A stretch of DNA of 64,000 bases. Source: a virus. Position numbers and translations under genes: made by a program. The notes beneath the pieces were generated by a model. That model saw only the letters and a list, made by a program, of their open reading frames with translations. It was not told where the DNA came from and ran no database searches. Shown here piece by piece: positions 18,118 to 27,460 of the stretch. How positions within the stretch are numbered: the stretch's first letter is position 1; each line of letters begins with the position of its first letter. Where the stretch lies: IMG/VR virus record IMGVR_UViG_2551306393_000012. One strand, written 5' to 3'.

Positions 18118-19335
18118 CTACCCATTTAACCATCCAATTAGCAGCTCCCTCATCCTTAATGAGGGTATGTATAATGTTATTTCTTCCCCATCTCTTATTG
18201 CAGATCTCCAAATCCATTGTACTAATTCGGATAATGCAAATGCATCTTGATCAATTGATATTTGATATTTCTCTTTAAAATAATTATATAGAACAGTGTT
18301 AACGTATCTGTTTATTGTATACACCAAGTGTTTTTTGTGCTTAAAATCATTGGTAGCTCTAGCATTACATGATACAAACCCTTTTGTATATCCATTCCCC
18401 TTTATTTTGTTTTTATGTTCTGAGTAAGTCGTCCACATAGCTTCATCACTTGATGACTTAACAATGTTGTTAAAGTAATTGAATACATTGTTCTTTACTT
18501 TCTTGATCGTATACGGTGATTTATTTTTATACCAATTAGATGATAATGAATAATCCAATTGGCCAACTGTATTCAAGTTACCTTCATATATTTTTATTTT
18601 ATTTCTTAATTGAGCCTTTAGAATACTCTCATATTCAGTATTATGTTTTGTAAACCTGTATTGCCCATCTATAAATTCAGAAACGTATTTTTGATACTTG
18701 ATATTGTTTATATCATAATAATATCTTTGTATTTGAGCATCAAACATGTAAGTGAGTATGTAAACTTCTTTAAACAACTTGAATATATCTGCAGGAAAAT
18801 TCCAAATCAATATATTGTCTTTAAAGTACATCAGATTATTGTTTAAAGCCATATCACGGATATCATCATAGCGTGTTTCATAGTCCTTTTTTTCTTCGTT
18901 CCATTTGACAAATCCGTCTTCAACGTATATTAACTTTGATTCAAATAGTGTAGTAAGATCATGTTTCTTAACGCGTAACTGTTCAACTACTTCCATAACT
19001 TCATCTAATATCAACGTATAGTTGCCTGAAAGGATCAGCTCCTTTGTTTCGTCATTAGCATTTTTGAATAGATTATGTGTAGCAACAATATTTTTGTTCT
19101 GAGATAAAAGTTCATGAAATGACTCAAACTTATATTGTGTTTTGTCACCTTTCTTCTTTACTTTAGGTTCATAAATTTGTTTACTGCTTATGCTCTTCTT
19201 AATGCGATCTACTTCATCCAAGTATGGTGTAATGAAAATAAAATTTTCGTCTTTCCCCGAATTATTCATCATGTCAATTGCTGCAGATGTTTTACCGCTA
19301 CCCATAATAGAGTCCACTATTTTTATCCTTGTCAT
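18118..19335 (-). CDS. yonV: YonV-like helicase-fold ATPase
   Basis: Walker A MGSGKT, FITPYLDE, Walker B LILDEV; size and position before yonU. Confidence 0.75.
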   Translation of the reverse strand: MTRIKIVDSIMGSGKTSAAIDMMNNSGKDENFIFITPYLDEVDRIKKSISSKQIYEPKVKKKGDKTQYKFESFHELLSQNKNIVATHNLFKNANDETKELILSGNYTLILDEVMEVVEQLRVKKHDLTTLFESKLIYVEDGFVKWNEEKKDYETRYDDIRDMALNNNLMYFKDNILIWNFPADIFKLFKEVYILTYMFDAQIQRYYYDINNIKYQKYVSEFIDGQYRFTKHNTEYESILKAQLRNKIKIYEGNLNTVGQLDYSLSSNWYKNKSPYTIKKVKNNVFNYFNNIVKSSSDEAMWTTYSEHKNKIKGNGYTKGFVSCNARATNDFKHKKHLVYTINRYVNTVLYNYFKEKYQISIDQDAFALSELVQWIWRSAIRDGEEITLYIPSLRMRELLIGWLNG

Positions 19336-19353
19336 AAATCTTATCCTTTCCTT

Positions 19354-20199
19354 TTAACCATTTTTCAACCATTCTGAAAGTAGTTCTTCCATTCGTAGTG
19401 AAGGAATGAAAATTATTAAAGGTTTATTGATATTTCCACAGTTTACTATCCATTTTAAGATCAATGATAAAGCATATGTATCTTCATCCAACGATGATAA
19501 CTCTTTGTATTTTGCAAGTAAAAATGAATTTGGAAAACAATTAGCTGCAAAGCAAAGATAACTTTTCTTTTCCTTTAGAACTTGCCCATTGAGTGGTACA
19601 AATCTTTTCTTGTTCCCTTTAAATTCTAATTGCCTTGCATATTGCGTGAATGTTGTCCAGCAACGCTCTTTACTCATTGAACTTGTTTGATTATAAAAAT
19701 AATTGTTCATATTCAATTTTAGTTGTTGCACATCTTTAGTATTCTTACTGAACCAGGTTTTACTGTAATCATATTTAAATTTTCCGCTATGAAGTAACTT
19801 ACCTCTTTTCTTATGAATCATTAAATTCTTCCTTAACAGCTGTTGTGTTTCCTCTGAAAGTTTTTTGCAATAGAACACATCTTCCACAAAATCAGATGGT
19901 GCGGAAATATTGTGCATTGTAGTAGAGCTAGATACATTATAAAGGCCGTTTATGTCTTCCCCATCTAACCACATTTGTTCAATTGTAAGTAAATCATTTT
20001 TGTTCTCAACATACTCCAATATTTCAAATGTGAAATCATTTAAACTATATTTATCCCTATCCTTTTGAAGAAGATGTGAATGGTGTAAACCATAATGTAG
20101 ATCAGTTACATGCTGCTTCCATCGTTTAAATACGTTAATACTGCTACCTATATATTTCTTCCCGTTAATTTTATTTGTTATTTGGTAAATCCCCCTCAT
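19354..20199 (-). CDS. GIY-YIG nuclease fused to a YonV-like C-terminal domain
   Basis: RGIYQITNKINGKKYIGSS...RWKQH...E...YN; C-terminal half aligns by eye with the YonV C-terminus. Confidence 0.85.
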   Translation of the reverse strand: MRGIYQITNKINGKKYIGSSINVFKRWKQHVTDLHYGLHHSHLLQKDRDKYSLNDFTFEILEYVENKNDLLTIEQMWLDGEDINGLYNVSSSTTMHNISAPSDFVEDVFYCKKLSEETQQLLRKNLMIHKKRGKLLHSGKFKYDYSKTWFSKNTKDVQQLKLNMNNYFYNQTSSMSKERCWTTFTQYARQLEFKGNKKRFVPLNGQVLKEKKSYLCFAANCFPNSFLLAKYKELSSLDEDTYALSLILKWIVNCGNINKPLIIFIPSLRMEELLSEWLKNG

Positions 20200-20315
20200 T
20201 CATTGACTCCTTTTAACATCTTTATTCTCTCCATATATCCTCCTTATATTTTAAATTTGAATCGAAAAATAAGGAACGATAATTGCCTTACCGCTCCCTT
20301 ATTTATAACGCATAT

Positions 20316-20504
20316 TTAATTATCCTTATGTTGCTGCATGATTAATACTGAATCATCTTGTTTTACTTTGCTTATCTCTTCTCTGTACTCTAAAAGGTCT
20401 TTATCAATTCTGACAGTTGCTTCTTTGATGGAGTCAATATCTTTCTTGAGCATTTCCAATTCCTTTGTTAGCTGCTGAATAGCATCCAGGAATTTTTTCT
20501 CCAC
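20316..20504 (-). CDS. yonU: YonU coiled-coil protein
   Basis: 62 aa, synteny with yoyJ/yonT. Confidence 0.75.
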   Translation of the reverse strand: MEKKFLDAIQQLTKELEMLKKDIDSIKEATVRIDKDLLEYREEISKVKQDDSVLIMQQHKDN

Positions 20505-20548
20505 TCATCTCACCTCAATGATTTAATTATACCATGAGGCCTATAAGA

Positions 20549-20764
20549 TTAGTGAGACTTGTTTCTTAGTTTAAGGAATACAAAATAGATGATCCACAAC
20601 AATATGGCAATGATACATGTGACTATGAATATCATATTGATTAGTGTTTGTGCTTCGCTGCTGAAGTAATCCTTAATGAGTTGAAACATTAAGAATAAGC
20701 CAATGAATGTGACATGGGTAAACCATAATGAGAATCGTTTCATGTTTACAATGTGCTTGATCAT
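20549..20764 (-). CDS. yoyJ: YoyJ small membrane toxin
   Basis: Two TM helices; lies between yonT and yonU as in SPbeta. Confidence 0.75.
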   Translation of the reverse strand: MIKHIVNMKRFSLWFTHVTFIGLFLMFQLIKDYFSSEAQTLINMIFIVTCIIAILLWIIYFVFLKLRNKSH

Positions 20765-20778
20765 GTTATAATATGGGT

Positions 20779-20880
20779 AGAACTAAAGGAGAAGTTCATT
20801 CCCCTTTAGCTTAGCTCTCATCGGCGTATACGTTGGCGTTGTCTCTTTGGTCGGAGCCGCTTGCGTATACGCTTTTTCTT
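20779..20880 (+). ncRNA. SR6-like antisense antitoxin RNA (ends approximate)
   Basis: TTTACA (20745) and extended -10 TG-n-TATAAT (20764-20772) point into the yonT 3' end; GCGTATACG inverted repeat followed by a T-run near 20875; SR6 is known from SPbeta. Confidence 0.65.
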
Positions 20881-20994
20881 TTTGCTTGTCCCATTCTTTA
20901 GGTTTCTTATCTTCTCAACTATTGTTAGACTGTTGATTGTAAGAACCGTTAAAGATATGAGGAAAGCAACTATGATACCCACTTTCTCAAGCAC
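20818..20994 (-). CDS. yonT: Type I toxin YonT (58 aa)
   Basis: GTG start with SD AAAGGAGGTG; TM helix plus Arg/Lys-rich tail KKKKRIRKRLRPKRQRQRIRR. Confidence 0.9.
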   Translation of the reverse strand: MLEKVGIIVAFLISLTVLTINSLTIVEKIRNLKNGTSKKKKRIRKRLRPKRQRQRIRR

Positions 20995-21910
20995 TATGTA
21001 CACCTCCTTTCCTATGACTCTATTATAACATAATCCATGATTTTTATATACATATTTTTTATATTTGGAGTGAGATATTTGTGTGTTGATGGATGGTATT
21101 AAGATGCCTTGTGTGCTGTTTGATTGGGAAGAAATACAATTGGATTGGGAATTGATTAAGGATGCTTAGAGACGTGTTATATTGGTTCTGAGAGCGTGTG
21201 AGTGTGATGCGTGGTTAGTGTAGGATATATGATTGGGTAAGATATGATATGGTGATGTATAGTGATGAGGATAAAATAAATATGTCTTCGATCCCCTCGG
21301 ATTCGTTATAAATACGATTATTTTTAATGAATGGTTATTCATTTTCAAATTACTAATCAATTTATTTTTTTAAAATTAATTCTTGTGTTTGGCCTGGAAT
21401 TATGTTAGCACTGTTGTAGACCTACCCAAGTCATAAAATGCACGTATAATGTTCCTTATACACGTATTACAATACCAATATATGGGGGTATATTTACATC
21501 TAATGGTAAAATAAAGGGAACGGATGTACCCATAGCACTTCCATTTCCACACCCTATCCAAATTTTCATTTTTCCTAATTCCACCTCAAAATCACCCTTT
21601 TTCACATCGTAATCGCTATCGTAAAAGCCTTAAATATCAACATTTTCCCCTCTTCAAATTTACTCGATTTCTTCGATATTTAGATAAAGCAACCACTTTC
21701 CCCTACTCTCACTTATGTTTTACGATCGTTTATCCCCTAATCACCATTCGATACAGCAAATCCCCTTATGTTTACTGGCTTTTTAAACTCTTTAATATTT
21801 TTTACGATAAGCATGTTTTTAGATTACGATAATCCCCCCCCCCCCTTCTCTAAATGCTTCAGAATTCACCTCTATAACCTGGAGCTATTAACACACTAGC
21901 GAAAAAACAA

Positions 21911-21939
21911 TAGACAAATACAAATAATATGTATATAAT
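21911..21939 (+). promoter_or_regulatory. SigA-type promoter of yonP-yonO
   Basis: TAGACA (21911), 17 nt, TATAAT (21934). Confidence 0.75.
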
Positions 21940-21965
21940 GAATCCATAAGTGAGGAGGTGAGATA

Positions 21966-22160
21966 ATGCAAAAGGATTCAGAGAAAGTAACGTACATGTT
22001 TAGTAATTTAATTGGATTTTTAGAGACTGCTATTATTGAAGGAACTGCTTCACAAGAAGAAAACACTCTTTATGAGGACTATAAACTATTTGGAACAATC
22101 AATAAAAAGAGCTATACATACAAAAATCTTGTACATAAGTATCTAAAAAGCGACTATTAA
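21966..22160 (+). CDS. yonP: YonP-like small protein
   Basis: SD GAGGAGGTG; directly upstream of yonO. Confidence 0.65.
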   Translation: MQKDSEKVTYMFSNLIGFLETAIIEGTASQEENTLYEDYKLFGTINKKSYTYKNLVHKYLKSDY

Positions 22161-22199
22161 ATTAAAAAATATACATAACTGTAATAAGGGGAGAATTTA

Positions 22200-24074
22200 T
22201 TGAAAGGAAAAAAAGATGGCCTAAATAAGCAAGTACATATTTACAGTATTGATACTTCTGCTTTTTATAATGATCAAGAAAACAAATTACATAACAAGAT
22301 TTTAAAATCATATAGGTACAGAGATCATCTCAAAAAACTTGAACATGTTGATAAAAAACATAAGAAGTACATAACGCAAAGGATTATTTCCTTAAAAGAA
22401 AAGCTTTATAACGCCTTTAACGATCATATTCAAATAAGAACACTTAGAACAGATTCCCTGAAAGATAATAATGTGATTTCATTATTTGATTCAGTCTTAA
22501 CTCGAACGTTGGGAATCAAAGAAAACTCTCTCTCTGAAGAGATCATGGTTGTCCAAACTTATCACTTTCAAATTTTAAGGGACATTATTGATAAAGGATT
22601 CATACATAACAATGAGAAATACGTTTATTTCACTAGCAGTGCCGGTCAAATACGAACCAAAAAGTCTTGTTTTATCAAACAAAGCACCTTAGATAAGTAT
22701 CAAAATGCTTTAACTTGTGGTCTTAGTGTGGAGCATATCAATGCTCAAGGTGGAAGCAGCATAAACAAATGGAATAGCTACATGGCCTTATCGAATAGCG
22801 CCAGCAGTCCATGGGAAATTGATATTGATAAAGCAATTGTCGTAAATGACTTAGAAACAAATGTTTCCAGCCTAGTTGATTATATTGACCGGGATACATA
22901 TGAAATCACACGTAAGATTATGGATATTCCTATAGAACATACAGATGGTTGTGGAATGATGCTCCCTAGTTTGAGTCAGAAAAGCTTTATGGTCAGATTA
23001 CCTTGGGTTAAGGGTCTACTTGTTCCATTTGACTTTAGAAAGTTTGCTGAAAAACACAGTTCATTTATAGTTAAAGACGTCTACGGTAAAGAATGGGACA
23101 TTATTAAAGATGATATCCAAATAATTTTTACGAAAAGCCAGTTTAAGATGTGGAAGTACTATGATTCTTGGGATGATTATCGCTATAAATTTAAAAAGTA
23201 TGGATGTTTAGGAGCTAAATTAAATGAAGAAGATCCATCTGTTGAGGGAAAACTGACTTACCAGATGCTACAAACACTCACTGATATCACAGATGAGGAA
23301 TTGAAACAAATCAGCTCAAAGACTGTTAGTGAGATTACTCAATTAGGCACTGATAAAGAAACAATGATGAAAGTTTTGGGGGCTACCGAGAAAAATAAAC
23401 ATAAAACAAGCCTTCAAGAAGCTCTTCTAATATATCCTGAGCTGCTAAATGATGATCACACCAAAGAAATCATTAAGAATAAGAAGAAGAGTATGATTAA
23501 AGACGCTAAATCAGGAAAATTAATTGTCAGTGACGCCCGGTATACATATTTATGTCCAGATCTATATGCTTTTTGTGAAAGAATGTTTCTTGGAATTGAG
23601 AATCCAAAAGGACTTCTCACCGACAGCAATGTTTATTGTTCTTTATATGATGAAGGGCATATTGATATCCTCCGCTCCCCTCACCTATACAGAGAACATG
23701 GAGTTAGATGGAACAAGAAAGACGAGGAATATGATAAGTGGTTCATTACCCCAGGTGTTTATACCAGCATTCATGATCCGATATCCAAGCTGCTGCAGTT
23801 TGACAATGACGGGGATAAGGCCTTAATTATTTCTGATGAGCTAATCGTCAATATTGCCAAACGTAATATGGAGAACATCGTTCCTTTGTATTATGAAATG
23901 TCTGTAGCCCAGAAACAAGAGATTAATAGCAGAAACATCTATGAAGCACTAACTCTTGCTTATGGAATCAATATCGGGGAGTACAGTAACAATATCACTA
24001 AGATATGGAACAGTGACAATATAAACCTGGACGTGATCAAATGGTTATGCATGGAGAATAACTTTACTATCGAT
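22200..24074 (+). CDS. yonO: YonO single-subunit double-psi-barrel RNA polymerase, exon 1
   Basis: TTG start with SD GGGGAG; TDGCG, RLPWVKG, RSPH, catalytic FDNDGD; frame ends ...ENNFTID at the intron. Confidence 0.93.
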
Positions 24075-24474
24075 TAAATTTATAGTCGCATCGCATAGCG
24101 ATATGCGGATGAAAAGTCAGTGAACCTAGAAAACTAGGGTGTGCATTCAGCGAAAAGTAGCGATAGGAAATGATCGTCAATGAGTGTGCTAACAGGGGAA
24201 TTCTAATTAATACATTTTACATTTTTAAACAATGGAATTAAACAAGGAAGAACCTATAAAAATGTGAAATGAATGTAGAATGTATTATATGAAAACCCTG
24301 TGCCAAGCGTTTACATCATGCTGAGAAGTACTTGTAAATGAAGGTGCAACGACCATCCTTTATGGAGTAATAATAAGGTGAAATTCCTTATTATGAAGCG
24401 CTGACCATCTGTCTAGTACAGATGATGATATGGTCTATTCCCTAATAAATATCGGGAAACCGAGGGTATCAAAG
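24075..24474 (+). ncRNA. Group I intron (400 nt, no internal ORF) in yonO
   Basis: Exon ends in U and intron ends in G; P1 CGAU/GUCG with U.G at the splice site; P/Q-like gtgctaacaggggaa and aaccctgtgccaagc; P7 ACGACCA (~24349) pairs with TGGTC (24431); removal restores ...TID^FAKT in frame. Confidence 0.9.
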
Positions 24475-25107
24475 TTCGCAAAAACCTTATTCATGCCCAC
24501 CCGCCCTGATCATGTTGATGAGCAAATCAAAGATTACATAAAAAATAAAGTGCCCCACTTCTTCATCAATGCAAAGGATAAAGAAGAACATAGCGTAGAA
24601 TCGATTAATGAAAGTACAGTAAATAAGTTAGACTCAATTATTCCTAATGAACGAATCAACTTTAACGCAGTTGCAGGAAAATTTGATTACCGTTTCTTAC
24701 TTCGAAATAAAAAAGTGAAACTTGATGAAACGGTTATCAATGAGTACAAACGTCTTGACCGAAACAAAAAGTGGCTCATGAATAATGAAGAAATTAAACC
24801 AGGAGAAAAGCTATACGTCTATAAGATTATCAAACAAAGATTAATGGAAATACATAACGATGAGCAACTTATTACAGATGTTTTAGTTAAGTACCTATAT
24901 AAAAAGAAGAGTAAATTCAAATCGACTTTGTGGGAGTGCTTTGGCGAACATATATTGGAAAATTTAAAGATTAACTTAAGGAATTTTAAGGCTTGTGGGA
25001 ATTGCGGAAAAATGTTCAGTCCCTCTTCTAATAAATCTAAATACTGTAACAATTGCTCAAAAAAAATGATCTTAGATAAACATAAACGCTACAATAAAAA
25101 AAGATAA
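24475..25107 (+). CDS. yonO: YonO RNA polymerase, exon 2 (spliced product 835 aa)
   Basis: [11 protein letters not shown]... in frame after splicing; C-terminal CxxC...CxxC zinc finger. Confidence 0.9.
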   Translation, partial: FAKTLFMPTRPDHVDEQIKDYIKNKVPHFFINAKDKEEHSVESINESTVNKLDSIIPNERINFNAVAGKFDYRFLLRNKKVKLDETVINEYKRLDRNKKWLMNNEEIKPGEKLYVYKIIKQRLMEIHNDEQLITDVLVKYLYKKKSKFKSTLWECFGEHILENLKINLRNFKACGNCGKMFSPSSNKSKYCNNCSKKMILDKHKRYNKKR

Positions 25108-25369
25108 CGACCAATAGAAAGTGCCTTGAGCCTTACTCCCCCAAGGGATACAGCATTTCTCGGCAAAAAAAGATCAACAAAAAAGCACCTTGAACCCTTG
25201 GTACGACTGGGCTGAAAGCCCCTTTTGAGATAATCGCCATAAGGGAGAAAGAAAGCTAATTTCCACATAAAAGGGCGAGTAATTCTCCCATTTTTTCAAA
25301 AAACCACAAACTTTACCGTAATTATACTTTAACACAAAAATAAACGAAATCACTAGGAGGATTTAAAAC

Positions 25370-25645
25370 ATGAACAAAACAGAATTTGTTGGAGCAGTTG
25401 CAGAAAAATTAGGTGTTACTAAGAAAGAAGCTACTCCTAAAGTTGAAGCAGTATTTAATGTCATCGTTGAAACACTAGCAAAAGGTGAATCAATCAAGAT
25501 TCCTGGAGTTGGTACATTTGAAGTTCGTGAACGTGCAGCTCGTAAAGGGAGAAATATCCAAACTGGCGAGGAAATCGAAATCCCTGCTTCAAAAGCAGTG
25601 AAATTTAAACCTGCAAAAGCTTTAAAAGATTCAGTCAAACAATAA
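25370..25645 (+). CDS. yonN: HU-family histone-like protein
   Basis: MNKTEF...IPGVGTFEVRERAARKGRNIQTGEEIEIPASKAVKFKP; SD AGGAGG. Confidence 0.95.
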   Translation: MNKTEFVGAVAEKLGVTKKEATPKVEAVFNVIVETLAKGESIKIPGVGTFEVRERAARKGRNIQTGEEIEIPASKAVKFKPAKALKDSVKQ

Positions 25646-25710
25646 TAAAATAATGTGGTGAGTCAAGGAAGGGTAAGCTCCTTCCCCCACTCCATTCAAG
25701 GAGTGAGCGA

Positions 25711-26676
25711 ATGCTACTAATGCCATACGAAGAATACATTAAAGTCAACTTGTATTCCCATAGGAAAATTCCGTTTTCTTGTGACTATTGCAACAAGCGA
25801 TTCTTTAGGAGAAAAATCAACCACACAAAAATCTCAAACAAAAATGACTGTCTCATTGAAAAAGACTGTTGTAAAGAATGTATCAAGTATAAAAATACTG
25901 AGGCATTGTTTAAAAGTTTAAACTGCCAAAATACTGACTTGATGATTAAACATATGGTAAATAAAAAAATAAAGACTTTATCTGGTGTGTATTCAATTAG
26001 AGATAAACAAAACAATAAGAAATATATAGGTTCTTCTAAAGACCTTGTTCAAAGGTTTAAAGCTCATCTTTTAGATATGAAAAATAAAGATCATCATATA
26101 AGTGAATTTAATTCCTTAGATCCAAAGCATCTTGAATTTAATATTATTGAATATGACACAGCTTTACCAGATTTAATAATCCGAGAATATCATTTTATTA
26201 ACCTGTATAATTCTCATGATCCTCTTCATGGCTACAATACAATGCATACCAAAAGAAACACAGTAAGAAGTACTTTAAAACCTTCTAAAAAAAGTATTGA
26301 AGCCAGACTCAATTCCTCAAAGTTTACACTTCAACAGATCAAATATATCAAAAAGGCACTTTATAATGGAGAACGAATTAAAGATCTTGCACTTGAATTT
26401 AATTGTAAAGAAGCCACAATACATAGTATAAAAAGTTGCTCTACTTGGGAAAATGTTTTACCTGAATTGAATGAAAAACTAAGGAAATTAACATACGTTG
26501 GCATTCACAAAGGAGAAAATAATGCGTGTTCAAAACTAAATGAAACAATGGTTAAAGAAATAAAAACACTGATTATTTCAGGACTCCCTCTGGTGACCAT
26601 CGCTAAAAAATTCAACGTAAGCTCTACAACTATTGGACATATAAAAAGAGGTAAGCTATGGTCTCATGTAAGTTAA
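25711..26676 (+). CDS. Free-standing GIY-YIG homing endonuclease
   Basis: N-terminal Cys cluster, GVYSIRD...KYIGSS..R...H..E..YN, two C-terminal HTH repeats (...EFNCKEATIHSIK..TWENV / ...KFNVSSTTIGHIKRGKLWSHV). Confidence 0.88.
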   Translation: MLLMPYEEYIKVNLYSHRKIPFSCDYCNKRFFRRKINHTKISNKNDCLIEKDCCKECIKYKNTEALFKSLNCQNTDLMIKHMVNKKIKTLSGVYSIRDKQNNKKYIGSSKDLVQRFKAHLLDMKNKDHHISEFNSLDPKHLEFNIIEYDTALPDLIIREYHFINLYNSHDPLHGYNTMHTKRNTVRSTLKPSKKSIEARLNSSKFTLQQIKYIKKALYNGERIKDLALEFNCKEATIHSIKSCSTWENVLPELNEKLRKLTYVGIHKGENNACSKLNETMVKEIKTLIISGLPLVTIAKKFNVSSTTIGHIKRGKLWSHVS

Positions 26677-26719
26677 AGCAGTGAAAGCTTAATGTAGTAT
26701 CCTTACTCCCTTTTCCCTA

Positions 26720-26859
26720 GAATGCGGTGGCGAAAAAGGTAAACGCGTAGATCGAGGTGGTATGACTGACCTTCGGGAATCTCGAGGCCAACCTTCAAGT
26801 GAAGACTAATAGCTGGCGAATTGTCATCCATGAGAGGTGCAAATCCTCTCCCGCATTCA
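26720..26859 (+). ncRNA. tRNA-like RNA with a long insert in place of the anticodon arm
   Basis: Acceptor GAATGCGG/CCGCATTC, D arm TG-GCG-AAAAAGGTAAA-CGC, T arm GAGAGG-TGCAAAT-CCTCTC; ~85 nt between the D and T arms; no encoded CCA. Confidence 0.65.
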
Positions 26860-27460
26860 TCTCCTGGTTAATGAGGACGACAGGAAAGGCTGCCTGCACG
26901 CTTTGTCACAAAGAGCTTATGCTCCTAAAAGTGGCAGAGTTGGAAGTTATGGAGGAAATTGTCGACCTCCCCTCTTTTCGCTTTTCATCTTCAACTCCGG
27001 GTTAATTAATTATAGTTATTTATTTATTTATGGCATGGGGGTGTCGTCAATAATTAGTTGATTACTGATATTTGGGATATCAGTTCTCGACTAATGTTCA
27101 TTTATGAAGATACAGAGACTAATTTGAATGAACATTAGTGGAGATTTGATTAACAAATTCTACTCCCCTGTTTTCTGTATCATTCTGACACAAAACTGCG
27201 GCTGGTCATTGCAGTTAGTCGGATAATAGTCATTTATGAGGGTGCGAGGTTAACTCGGATGCTGTATCTAAAGGAGACAGGTAAATGACTATTATCGGGC
27301 TAAACATGTTGGTAAGACCTATGCTACTCAAGCTGAAAAATTGCTGTTTTGTAGGGTGAATCCCATCACAGTCTTACTATGGGTGACATGTAGCCCTGAA
27401 TATTAATTGCGGTGTACTGCTTCGGCTTACACTTAGGGAAGGTAGATGCGTCTCCCTTCC
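26860..27460 (+). ncRNA. Structured noncoding region with long-range stems
   Basis: ACTAATGTTCATT/AATGAACATTAGT (13 bp), GATAATAGTCATTTA/TAAATGACTATTATC (15 bp), GGGCTA..ACATG/CATGTAGCCC, GTAAGAC/GTCTTAC, GGGAAGG/CCTTCCC; no credible ORF. Confidence 0.6.

Noticed and set aside
21166-21360. 64-aa minus-strand ORF
   Set aside because: By-product of the G/T-skewed noncoding DNA; no SD.
24430-25107. Independent 225-aa gene starting [10 protein letters not shown]
   Set aside because: The ATG lies in the intron's P7/P9 region with no SD; it is exon 2 of yonO.
26720-26859. Calling this a canonical tRNA
   Set aside because: No 7-nt anticodon loop at the right position, 6-bp T stem, no CCA; kept as tRNA-like ncRNA.
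26860-26900. Hammerhead-like TAATGAG...GAAA
   Set aside because: Lacks the CUGANGA core and the flanking stems.
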